Assembly (NCBI GenBank): GCA_044222185.1
Contig: JBGANV010000004.1
Span: 448,001-512,000, forward strand
Source of the DNA: Planctomycetota bacterium
Lineage (GTDB): Bacteria > Planctomycetota > GCA-002687715 > CAIWVZ01
Direction: 5' to 3'
Length of the DNA: 64,000 nucleotides
The position numbers were made by a program, and so were the translations under genes. The notes below the pieces were generated by a model. The model ran no database searches. It saw nothing but the letters and a program-made list of their open reading frames with translations, and had not been told where the DNA came from. Below, piece after piece: positions 10,834-20,036 of this stretch; positions within the stretch are counted from its first letter, which is position 1, and each line of letters starts with the position of its first letter.

Positions 10834-13800
10834 GCACACCAAAGCAAGGCCGAGCGGCTCGAGATCCGTTGGAGTCGGCGTCGAGGACCGCGGCAGATCT
10901 GTCCACGGAACGGGCCCGGATGACGCACGATGCGGTCTGGCGCCTGGTGCAGCGTGGGCTGGTCTATCCGTCGCCGAATGCGATCTTCATCACGTTCTTC
11001 CGCAGTCGCAAGGCGTCGCCGCTGACGAAGGGGACCCTCGGCCAGGTGGTTCGTGGAACCCGCGCGCGGATCCATGCGGACTTCGGCAAGGCTCACACGA
11101 CGGCGATCCTGGGAGTCGGTTTCGATCTCTGGCGCGAGCTCTCCGCTCGGGACGGGACGTCGGTTCCCCTCGGGATGCAGCTCCACTCCGATGGTGAGAA
11201 AGCGGGCGGGGAGTCGTCCGACGGCGTGTTCGCGCGGCCGGGGACGGTTTTCGTCGACTCTGGCGCCGACCTGTGGTTCCACGTCAAGAGCGACAACCCC
11301 AAGCATTGCCAGGGCCTTCTCGAGTACTTGCGTCACGTGCTCGAGGTCGAGCTCGCGTGCATGGACCCGGCGCGGACCGTGTGGCAGGCGGCGGCGACCA
11401 AGTCCAACGCACCGGACCATCGGGGTGGCAAGGTGTTGGGCAGCCGGTTCTCCGAGAACCTCAACAACGCGACCGATCCCATCACGATCCAGCAGCAGAC
11501 GATCGTCGGGTTCGAGGATCCGACGCACATCGGTGGATCTTTCGTGTTGGCCCAGCGATTCGTGATCAACTGGGGGCAGATCCTCGCGATGGCTCCGCAG
11601 CACGTCGAAGACCTGGTGGGGCGCTCGACGGACGACCGGCTCGTCCCGTCCCACGATGACCGGAGCCACATCAAACGCGCTCGGGCGTTCGACGAGCACG
11701 GGAACGCCATGTCGGTCCTGCGGTTGGGCCTGCCATATGGTCGCTCGTCCGCGATCGAGAGCGACGACCTGCTCGCGAAGGGCGCGAGCCGTCGCGACGA
11801 GGAAGGTCTGTACTTCGCCGGGTACGCCAAGAGCGCGGCGGCGCTCGAGCGGATCATGGAGCAGCAGATCGGCGACGTCCCAGGGTTCATGTCCGACCGC
11901 TTGCTGGGGCACGTCCGCGCCAACCTCGGTGGCTTCTACTACGTCCCGAGCCTGCCCGATCTGGGGATCGAACCCGAGTCCGCGTCGTCGTGGCGGCGGT
12001 TCCCTGGGGTCGACTGGTCACGTCTGGATCGCCACTTCGACCAGACGTCGCCCAACGGCTACATGCACTACAACCACAAGGAGTACTTGTTCCGGATGGC
12101 GACGATGACGGCCGAGGAGCGAGCGACGTTCCTCCCGCCATCGCACCGCGTGCTCACTCTGCTCGCGGGCGTGTTCTCGCGCTGGCAGGACAACTGGTAC
12201 TTCGATCGCTCCCAGAAGGAGTTCTCCCACCTCCGCGTCTACCTCGAGCGCGAAGACGGACGCGAGGTGGCCGAGAAGGTCATGAGCCTCTCGATCGCCG
12301 AGCGCGGCGGCTGGGCGACCAAGGTCCTGCTGGGGCGCGTCCTCGTCAGCGACGAGTACGGGTTCCGGGGACGACGAAAGGATGGTCGCGGGAACCTCGT
12401 CAACGGTGCGGACACCTACCGGATCCACCCCAGCGAAATCCTCGTGGGTTCCATGCCGAATCTGGGCCTCGGCCAGGGAAAGCACCTCATCGATTTCGCG
12501 CGAGAGAGCGAACGGCTCGAGAACTTCTTCGACAACCTGAGCTATGCCTCGGGCGTCGGCCACATCGTCCCGCACTATGCGACGGCGCTGCGCGTCGGGC
12601 TCGGCCGGCTGACGGCCGACGTCGCCGCGCGGCGCGATCGGGCAAAGTCCGAGAGCAAGCGGCAGTTCTACGCCGGCGCGGTCCTCGCGCTGGAGGGCGT
12701 CGCCGAGCATTGTCGTGCGTTTGCACGGCTCGCCGCCAAGATGGCGGACGGCATGGGCCCGGGGCAGTCTGCGGAGCGGAGCAACCTTCAGGAGATCCGC
12801 GACCGGATGAACCGGATCGCCGAGACGGCACCCGCGACGTTCGTCGAAGGTGCGCAGCTCCTGTTCACCCTGCACTCGTGCCTCCATCACGCGGGCGAAC
12901 CGACCGCGATCGGGCGGATCGATCAACTCCTGCATCCGCTCTACGAGGCGGACGTCCGGGCCGGGCGCATAGACGAGAGCCTTGCGCAGGAAATCATCGA
13001 CTGCTTCTGGGTCAAGGTCGGCGAGAAGGCGCAGCTCAACCGGCAGTTCGTCGAGGATCACCAGGTCTTCGGGAACATGGCCATGGGAGGGGCGTCGGGG
13101 AACTACCCCCAGGGCTCCTCGCTGAATCAGTGGATCCAACAGGTGACCGTGGGCGGGACGATCGCCGACGACACGCCCGGCGCCGGGACACCGGCCTACA
13201 ACGACATCACCTGTCTGTGCCTCCGCGCCGCGCGACGGCTGCCGCTGAATGCACCGTGCCTTTCGCTCCGGATGCGGCCGGACATGCCGCAGGAACTGCT
13301 CCGCGAGGCCGCGCTCGCCATCCTCTCGGGTGGTGCCCACCCGGTCCTCGTTTCCGATGCGAAGGTCATTCCGGGGTTGGCGCAAAGCGGCGACGACGTC
13401 GGCCGCGGCACGCACGAAACGGCGTCGACGCCAGTCGCGGAGAAGGCCGCGGGGCTCTGGAACAGCAGGGTCCGCTTGCGAGATGCGCGCGATTACGCGT
13501 GTGACGGCTGTTACGAGCCGCAACTCACCGGCACGAGTTGGTTCACGCTGGGCGGAATGCCGTCCACGCAGCCGCTCGAGGCGGCCCTCAACCAGGGAAA
13601 GACGTGGCAGAGTGCGGGCCCCGTGTGGTTCCGTGGGCAGAAGGTGTCCTTCACCTCGGAGCCGGCGCGCGACATCCCGAGCTTCGAGCGCTTGCTCGAC
13701 CTCTACATCGAGCACCTGAAGTGGATGTACGCCAAGCAGGTCGACGGGCAGCTCGGACTCTTCGGCAGGATGAACTCCGTCTGCCCCGCTCCGCTGTTGT

Positions 13801-14750
13801 CGGTGTTCATCGAAGACTGCATCGACAAGGGGCTCGACTACTATGAGGGCGGCGCCCGCTACAACGTCGTGGCTCCGTGCTTCAGCGGGCTCTCGACGCT
13901 GATCGACTCGCTTTGGGCGATCCGCGCCATGGTGTTCGACGAGCGAACGGCGACGACGTCGCTCCCCGAACTGGTGACGGCGCTGCTCTGCAACTGGGGT
14001 GAGAACATGGCGGAGCCGTTCATCAGCACGCTCGAGGGGTCGGCGCGCATCGAAGCCCGTGCCGAGCGATTCCGCCAGCTCCGCGCCGTCGCCATGGCCC
14101 AGCCGAAGTTCGGGCGCGGGAATGCAGACGTCGATCGGTTCGGCGACGCAATCGTCGGCCGCATCGCTGCGGCAGCCGTCGACGTCTTCGTGAATCCGGC
14201 CGAGCGGACCGCGGCGAAGATGCTCGGTTTCGCGCAGCGCCTCGGGACCAAGGAGATGCCGTTCGGCGGGTTCCAAATCCAACCGGGCGTGGGTTCGTTC
14301 GAGAACTACCTCGACTGGGGGAACATGTCCGGCGCCTCGGCGGACGGGCGTCGCAGCGGCGATCCGTTCGCCTCCGACATCAGCCCGGCGCCGGGCTACG
14401 GCGATCGCGCGATCGACTCGCGCGAGGCTCCGATCATCCGTGTGATGGAGGGGTACTCGGGCCCCGGCATCGAGGCGATGTGGGACGGCGCTCCTGTCGA
14501 TCTGAACATCCGAGAGGACTTCCCGCTCGAATCGCTGGTCGCAGCGCTCGGCGCCTTCGCGCAAGGACGCGGGTCGTCGTTGATGACGATCACCTGCGCG
14601 GATGCGGCGACGATGGCGCAGGCGGCGCGAGACCCGGAGAAGTACGATTTGCTCCGAGTCCGCATGGGCGGTTGGACCGAGTTCTTCGTCGTGATGTTCC
14701 CGGCGCATCAGGCCCAGCACCAACGTCGCCCCATCAGCACCGTGGAGTGA
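10830..14750 (+). CDS. DyP-type peroxidase fused to a glycyl radical enzyme (PFL-like) domain
   Basis: N-term DyP motifs DLWFHVKSD, GGSFVLAQRF, SHIKR (proximal His), LRLGLPYG, GLYFAGY, GGFYYVPS; C-term GRE motifs GHIVPHY, IGRIDQLL, AQEIIDCFWVK, YACDGCYEP, PKFGRG, GASADGR, PEKYDLLRVRMGGW. Confidence 0.88.
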   Translation: MSTPKQGRAARDPLESASRTAADLSTERARMTHDAVWRLVQRGLVYPSPNAIFITFFRSRKASPLTKGTLGQVVRGTRARIHADFGKAHTTAILGVGFDLWRELSARDGTSVPLGMQLHSDGEKAGGESSDGVFARPGTVFVDSGADLWFHVKSDNPKHCQGLLEYLRHVLEVELACMDPARTVWQAAATKSNAPDHRGGKVLGSRFSENLNNATDPITIQQQTIVGFEDPTHIGGSFVLAQRFVINWGQILAMAPQHVEDLVGRSTDDRLVPSHDDRSHIKRARAFDEHGNAMSVLRLGLPYGRSSAIESDDLLAKGASRRDEEGLYFAGYAKSAAALERIMEQQIGDVPGFMSDRLLGHVRANLGGFYYVPSLPDLGIEPESASSWRRFPGVDWSRLDRHFDQTSPNGYMHYNHKEYLFRMATMTAEERATFLPPSHRVLTLLAGVFSRWQDNWYFDRSQKEFSHLRVYLEREDGREVAEKVMSLSIAERGGWATKVLLGRVLVSDEYGFRGRRKDGRGNLVNGADTYRIHPSEILVGSMPNLGLGQGKHLIDFARESERLENFFDNLSYASGVGHIVPHYATALRVGLGRLTADVAARRDRAKSESKRQFYAGAVLALEGVAEHCRAFARLAAKMADGMGPGQSAERSNLQEIRDRMNRIAETAPATFVEGAQLLFTLHSCLHHAGEPTAIGRIDQLLHPLYEADVRAGRIDESLAQEIIDCFWVKVGEKAQLNRQFVEDHQVFGNMAMGGASGNYPQGSSLNQWIQQVTVGGTIADDTPGAGTPAYNDITCLCLRAARRLPLNAPCLSLRMRPDMPQELLREAALAILSGGAHPVLVSDAKVIPGLAQSGDDVGRGTHETASTPVAEKAAGLWNSRVRLRDARDYACDGCYEPQLTGTSWFTLGGMPSTQPLEAALNQGKTWQSAGPVWFRGQKVSFTSEPARDIPSFERLLDLYIEHLKWMYAKQVDGQLGLFGRMNSVCPAPLLSVFIEDCIDKGLDYYEGGARYNVVAPCFSGLSTLIDSLWAIRAMVFDERTATTSLPELVTALLCNWGENMAEPFISTLEGSARIEARAERFRQLRAVAMAQPKFGRGNADVDRFGDAIVGRIAAAAVDVFVNPAERTAAKMLGFAQRLGTKEMPFGGFQIQPGVGSFENYLDWGNMSGASADGRRSGDPFASDISPAPGYGDRAIDSREAPIIRVMEGYSGPGIEAMWDGAPVDLNIREDFPLESLVAALGAFAQGRGSSLMTITCADAATMAQAARDPEKYDLLRVRMGGWTEFFVVMFPAHQAQHQRRPISTVE

Positions 14751-14753
14751 GCG

Positions 14754-16154
14754 ATGACCAACAAGAACGCAGTCAGCACGTACCTCGTGGAATCAATTCC
14801 CATCGGTCTCGAGGATCTCCGTGGGACGATGGGAGTGCAGTACACCGAGGACGTCCTCGTGCGGCTGGTCCGCGGCGCGAAAGAGTCCATCGACCTCACT
14901 GCGATGTACTGGAACCTCCTGCCGGATCCGGACGGTGACGACGAGAAGGGGTTCACGGCGCAGCAATTCGACGCCATGGGCGCCGCGACCGGCCGCAACC
15001 TCTTCGAGGCCCTTCGCGACGCGGCGCGCCGCAAGGTGCGGATCCGGATCGTCGAAAGCCCAGGATTCTCGGGGAAGAGGCAGGAGTCGACCGACCTCAA
15101 GGAGGCCTTCCCAGACTGCGTGACCGTCCGCCAGATATCGATGAACGACTGGTATGGCGGCGGGATCATGCATCAGAAGATCTGGGTGTTCGATGCCTGC
15201 CACGTCTACGTCGGCTCCGCCAATATGGACTGGAAGTCCATCATGCAGGTCAAGGAGATGGGCGTCGTCGTCGAGAATTTGCCCCCGTTCGCGCAGGACG
15301 TGACCCGGTACTTCGAAGGGTGGTGGGCGTTCTGCGCGCTGAAGCCGGCCACGGCCGTCGCGTTCGATCCGAGGGCGGGTGTGGAGCGCCTGGTGCCGCC
15401 CTGGTCGGCGCTGCTCCACGAAGCCCAGCGAAAGCCATCGCCCTTCGACGACGATCGTTTTCGCTCGGACGCGAACCGCTCGAAGCCCCTGTCGGTCCCG
15501 TTGGATGGTCAGACCGCCGGCTTCTTCTTGACTGGGTCGCCCGACGAAGTGCGTGGTCGAGGCAGGACGCTCGATGCGGACGGATTGGTCTACACGATCG
15601 ACGATGCGAAGAAGTCGATCTGCGTGAGCGTGATGGACTTCGGGCCCATGAGCCTGTACTCGCGGGCGCCACTGGGGCCCGGCGCCACGCGGGGGATTCC
15701 GACGGACACTCCCGTTTGGTGGCCGCAGCTGTTCGACGCCCTCCTCTCGGCGGTCCTGACGAGGAACGTCCACGTCCGCCTCCTGGTCAGCAAGTGGGCT
15801 CACACCTCTCCACTGATCGAGCCGTTTCTCGCGGCCTTGCAGCACGCGGCGGACGCCGGCCGTGTGGATCCTCGAATGTCGAGCGGCCAGCTCGAGATCA
15901 AGCTGTTCGTCATCCCGGGCTGGGACCAGACCGCAGGGACTCACCGGCGCTACCCGGGCCACAGCCGCGTCAACCACACGAAGTACATCGTGACGGACCG
16001 GCGCATCAACATCGGGACGTCGAACATGACGTGGGACTACTTTGCGGCAACCGCCGGCGGCAGCGTGAACACGGACCACGTCGGCCTCGTGTGCAGCTTG
16101 CAGGCCGTGTTCGACCGCGACTGGGGATCGAGCTACGCGTATCGGTTGGCCTGA
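14754..16154 (+). CDS. Phospholipase D superfamily protein, PLD3/K4-like
   Basis: Two HKD motifs, HQKIWVFD..GSANMDW and NHTKYIVTD..GTSN; N-term LVESIP. Confidence 0.9.
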   Translation: MTNKNAVSTYLVESIPIGLEDLRGTMGVQYTEDVLVRLVRGAKESIDLTAMYWNLLPDPDGDDEKGFTAQQFDAMGAATGRNLFEALRDAARRKVRIRIVESPGFSGKRQESTDLKEAFPDCVTVRQISMNDWYGGGIMHQKIWVFDACHVYVGSANMDWKSIMQVKEMGVVVENLPPFAQDVTRYFEGWWAFCALKPATAVAFDPRAGVERLVPPWSALLHEAQRKPSPFDDDRFRSDANRSKPLSVPLDGQTAGFFLTGSPDEVRGRGRTLDADGLVYTIDDAKKSICVSVMDFGPMSLYSRAPLGPGATRGIPTDTPVWWPQLFDALLSAVLTRNVHVRLLVSKWAHTSPLIEPFLAALQHAADAGRVDPRMSSGQLEIKLFVIPGWDQTAGTHRRYPGHSRVNHTKYIVTDRRINIGTSNMTWDYFAATAGGSVNTDHVGLVCSLQAVFDRDWGSSYAYRLA

Positions 16155-16221
16155 ACGCGTCGCCGCACCATGGTGCGGCGTCGGAACGGCGGTCGAACCG
16201 CTGGCACAGTGAGGATGAATC

Positions 16222-18225
16222 ATGGCGAAACGAACTCAGACGCCTGGAAAGCGCAGCGGGAAGGCGAGGAGTAGGACGGCCGCCGCCACGGGCGCGCCCA
16301 GGCCTCGCTCGCAATCGGGCCACAAGCCTTGGCTGGACGTTGCCGCGCCGGCGACGCGCGCGCTGCGGATCTACACACAGGACCCGAGTGCCGGGACCTA
16401 CGTCGGCAACCTAAGCACCGTTCACGTGCCGTGGGAGGCGGTGAGGCCCGGGCCCGTCGGCTCCAAGGTCGCCGTCGTCGATTACGACGCGTCGAATCGC
16501 TGCTACTACACCCCGATCGACCTCGATCATCCCTTCGTGCTGGCTCGCGACGGCGTCGACCCCTCCGAGTCGGATCCGCGGTTCCATCAGCAGATGGTCT
16601 ACGCCGTCGCGACGCGGACCATCGAGATGTTCGAGGCCGCGCTGGGGCGGAAGATCCGATGGCGACGTGCGGATCGCTTCTCCGACAAGTCCAACGAGCA
16701 GCAGTGGCACAAGACGGACGACATCGAGGTCCTCCATCTCTACCCCCATGCGATGCAGGAGGCGAACGCCTATTACAGTCCGCAGGCCCACGGCATCCTG
16801 TTTGGATACTTCACGGCGAACACGACGCGGCAAGGGCGCAACCTGCCGGGGCAGCGGGTCTTCACGTGCCTCTCGCACGACATCATCGCCCACGAAGTGA
16901 CGCACGCGATCATCGACGGGATCCGCACGTACTTCACCGAGGCGACGAATCCGGATGTCCTTGCATTCCACGAGGGCATCGCCGATGTCGCGGCGCTGTT
17001 CGCCCATTTCACGCAACGTGATGCCTTGTTCGAGACGATCAGGAAGACGGGCGGACGCTTGTACCAGGCGGACCTGGATGCGGATGCCTGTGGCAGCGAC
17101 CGTTCCGGTCACATGATCGCGGCCCAACGTCGCGAGGTGAATCCGTTGATCCAGCTCGCGCAGCAGTTCGGGGAAGCGCGGGGCACGGGACGCGGGCTTC
17201 GTTCAGCCTTGAGCACGCCGCCGTCGCCGGACGACATCGAAAAAAAGCCGACCGAGCCGCACACGCGAGGCGCCATCCTCGTCGCGGCCGTCTTCGATGC
17301 CTTCTTCTCGGTCTACGCGCGCAAGAGCGCCGACTTGTTCCGCATCTTCCACGCTGGCGGCGGGCGCCCCGACCAGGACGAGGTGCCAGCGCCGCTCGCG
17401 GAGCAACTCGCGCGCACGGCCACGGACCTCTCCCAGCGTTTCTTCCGGCTCTGCGTCCGGGCTCTCGACTACTGTCCGCCGGTCGACATCACGTTCGGCG
17501 ACTACTTGCGCGCCCTGATCACCGTCGGCACCGAGCTTCACCCGGAGGATCCCGATCGCATCCGTGACGCGCTCATGCAGGGCTTCCGGCTGCGCGGGAT
17601 CTTCCCGGAGAGCGCGAGTTTCTTCTCCGAGGACGCGTTGCGGTGGCCCCCCATGTTGCCTGGGATGCTCCCGCCGATCGGAGCACGGACGATCGGCGAT
17701 CCGCAGACCGGACGCAGCCTCGTCACTGGGCTGGTCTTCGGCGGGCCCAACGGCCTCACGCGACGCGAGAAGGACATCAACGGCCGCGTCCTGCGGGCCT
17801 ACATGAAGGAGAACGCCGCGGCGCTGGGCCTCGATCCGAAGTTGCCGGTCTCCGTCCCCTCGTTCCATCCGATGTTTCGGTCGGGGGATGACGGACGGAC
17901 CCGCGCCGAGATGGTGGTCGAGGTCGTGCAGCTGAGACGGGCGCCGTTCGATCCGGCGGTGACCGGGGTTGGGGAGTTCCCATTCCGCGGAGGCGCGACT
18001 GTGATCATTTCGGCACCGGAGGTTGCGCCTGATTCCTCGGGAAGCCTCACGGCGAAGGACCCGGAGATCCGCTTCGTGATCGGGAAACCGATTTCTGGGC
18101 CGGGAGGTGTCCAGCGCGAGTCCGCTCAGCGGCACTTCACGCTGTCCCTGGGCCTCGCGCAGGGGCACTGTGACGATGCCCGGCACTTCCAGGTGAACTT
18201 CGCATTGTTGCATGGAGACGGCTGA
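16222..18225 (+). CDS. Gluzincin-type (M4-like) metallopeptidase
   Basis: NAYYS, DIIAHEVTHA (HExxH), FHEGIAD third ligand, EPH. Confidence 0.8.
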   Translation: MAKRTQTPGKRSGKARSRTAAATGAPRPRSQSGHKPWLDVAAPATRALRIYTQDPSAGTYVGNLSTVHVPWEAVRPGPVGSKVAVVDYDASNRCYYTPIDLDHPFVLARDGVDPSESDPRFHQQMVYAVATRTIEMFEAALGRKIRWRRADRFSDKSNEQQWHKTDDIEVLHLYPHAMQEANAYYSPQAHGILFGYFTANTTRQGRNLPGQRVFTCLSHDIIAHEVTHAIIDGIRTYFTEATNPDVLAFHEGIADVAALFAHFTQRDALFETIRKTGGRLYQADLDADACGSDRSGHMIAAQRREVNPLIQLAQQFGEARGTGRGLRSALSTPPSPDDIEKKPTEPHTRGAILVAAVFDAFFSVYARKSADLFRIFHAGGGRPDQDEVPAPLAEQLARTATDLSQRFFRLCVRALDYCPPVDITFGDYLRALITVGTELHPEDPDRIRDALMQGFRLRGIFPESASFFSEDALRWPPMLPGMLPPIGARTIGDPQTGRSLVTGLVFGGPNGLTRREKDINGRVLRAYMKENAAALGLDPKLPVSVPSFHPMFRSGDDGRTRAEMVVEVVQLRRAPFDPAVTGVGEFPFRGGATVIISAPEVAPDSSGSLTAKDPEIRFVIGKPISGPGGVQRESAQRHFTLSLGLAQGHCDDARHFQVNFALLHGDG

Positions 18226-18227
18226 AC

Positions 18228-19706
18228 ATGGCGACGCGAAAGACCCGTTCCTCTTTGAAGTCGCCGGCCACGAAAAAGCCGGCCTCGTCCCCGCGCGCAC
18301 CGCGCAGGACGGGCGCGAAGGCTGCGGCTCGTGGACCCGGTCGCAAGGTGAGCTCGGCGCGCGGTTCCGTCCGCGTGCGCATGTACCGCGTCGGGTTCGG
18401 CGACTTCTTCCTCTTGACGGTGCCGGGCAACGACGGGCCGGCGCACATCCTTATCGACTGCGGCGTTCACGCCGCGAACATCGGGACGATGGACGCATGC
18501 GTCAAGGACCTCGTGAAGGCTACGGGCAACAAGCTCGCGCTGGTGATCGTCACGCACTACCACGCCGATCACATCTCGGGTTTCGCATCGAACTACGATG
18601 ATTTCGCGAAGTTCGATCACATCGGCGCCGTTTGGATCACCAATCGGCTCGACCCGAGCGACACCGGCAAGTCGAAGTTCCTCGCGCAACTGACGTCCGT
18701 GGCGCAGCAGTTGCAACTGCACCTGGGCGTGAGAGACGACGACGCGGCCGTCGAGGCGCGGTCCAAGGTCGAGAACGCGCTTGGTGTGGCCGCAGGTGGA
18801 GGGTCGAACGCCAAGGCGCTCCAACTCCTGCGGAGCGGCTTCAAATCCAAACCTCCCGTGCACTACTACCAGGGAGGGGACACCCCGTACCTGCCGCCGG
18901 AGCTCGATGGCGCGATCGAGGCCGAGATCCTCGCTCCATCGCCGAAGGACTCCGGTGGCGAGTTTGCTGCGAGCGACAACAAGACGGAGCAATATCTCGC
19001 GGCGGTCGGCGCCGACGGGCTCGAGGATCAGACTCGCGTGCAGCCGTTCGAGAAGGACTGGCCCGCGACGGCCGCGTCCTATCCTCCTGAGGCCTTCGAC
19101 GAGTTCGACTCGGGAATGGTCCGCGGGAGCAAGGCCCGGAACGCGGACGGTGCGCGTGCGATGGAGTCGTTGCTCGAGACGATGCAGCCGGACGTGCTCG
19201 CGGCCACCGCCGACAAGCTCGATGGCACACTGAACAACCAGAGCCTCGTCGTCCTATTCACGTGCCAGGGCAAGAAGCTTCTTTTCGTGGGCGACGCGCA
19301 GTGGGGCAACTGGGCCTACTGGCTCTACGGCAAGGCTGTCACAGGCAAAGACCCGGGAATCACCGACCGCGCGAAGCAGATCCTCGGCTCCATCGATTTC
19401 TACAAGGTGGGGCACCACGGCAGCACGAATGCGACGCCGATCCCGGCCGTCGCGGCCTTGAACAGCAGCTGCGCAGCCATGTGCTCGACGGCAACCGGCG
19501 CCTACGGTGATTCCAAGAAAGGCACGGAGGTCCCGCGCACCGTCCTGATCGAGAGCCTGGAGAAACAGCTGAAGAATCGACTCGTCCGCAGTGACTGGGT
19601 TGCCGCCTCCGGCGTCAAACCCGATCCGGAAGCGCTCGAAGAGATCCGGACGCTTCCCACCGGGTTTTCGACGCCCGGCGACCTGTACATCGACTTCACG
19701 CTCTGA
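18228..19706 (+). CDS. Metallo-beta-lactamase-fold hydrolase (ComEC-like)
   Basis: VGFGD, LIDCG, THYHADH, NNQSLV, LFVGDA and KVGHHGSTN motifs. Confidence 0.87.
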   Translation: MATRKTRSSLKSPATKKPASSPRAPRRTGAKAAARGPGRKVSSARGSVRVRMYRVGFGDFFLLTVPGNDGPAHILIDCGVHAANIGTMDACVKDLVKATGNKLALVIVTHYHADHISGFASNYDDFAKFDHIGAVWITNRLDPSDTGKSKFLAQLTSVAQQLQLHLGVRDDDAAVEARSKVENALGVAAGGGSNAKALQLLRSGFKSKPPVHYYQGGDTPYLPPELDGAIEAEILAPSPKDSGGEFAASDNKTEQYLAAVGADGLEDQTRVQPFEKDWPATAASYPPEAFDEFDSGMVRGSKARNADGARAMESLLETMQPDVLAATADKLDGTLNNQSLVVLFTCQGKKLLFVGDAQWGNWAYWLYGKAVTGKDPGITDRAKQILGSIDFYKVGHHGSTNATPIPAVAALNSSCAAMCSTATGAYGDSKKGTEVPRTVLIESLEKQLKNRLVRSDWVAASGVKPDPEALEEIRTLPTGFSTPGDLYIDFTL

Positions 19707-20036
19707 GCAGTCTGCCGACTCCATCTCGGTCGCTGCTTTCGGCGCGTGGCGGTCCGCCCCTGGGACGCCACATCGCGGTTTGAAACGACCTGATCGGCCT
19801 CCGTCAGGTCGCTGGCGCATGCCCCGCGCCGATTTCCTGCGAGGAGAAATGCAGGCTCCGAGAAGCCGCGAGTTGTCCCGAATGCAACGGCGCGATGCAG
19901 AGGCCCGGCGCGCCGGGCGAAGTTTCCGCGTTGCTGCTCGCGCCGATGACCACGTTTCCGCGGCGGCGTGAAGAAACCTGTCGCGCCGCGCGATCCATCC
20001 CGCTCGAACCTCCTGGATCGAAGAGGAGGCTCACCG

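Noticed and set aside
10830-12000. Encapsulin-cargo DyP
   Set aside because: No encapsulin gene nearby and no C-terminal GSL.IGSL-type targeting peptide
12018-14723. 901-aa antisense ORF, and similar long ones at 1224-3404, 37525-40437, 46939-48900 and 57597-60179
   Set aside because: Shadow ORFs opposite well-supported genes; expected in high-GC DNA and lacking motifs
10830-14750. Annotation as ordinary pyruvate formate-lyase (pflB)
   Set aside because: Lacks the adjacent Cys-Cys pair of PFL; has GCYEP and no pflA neighbour
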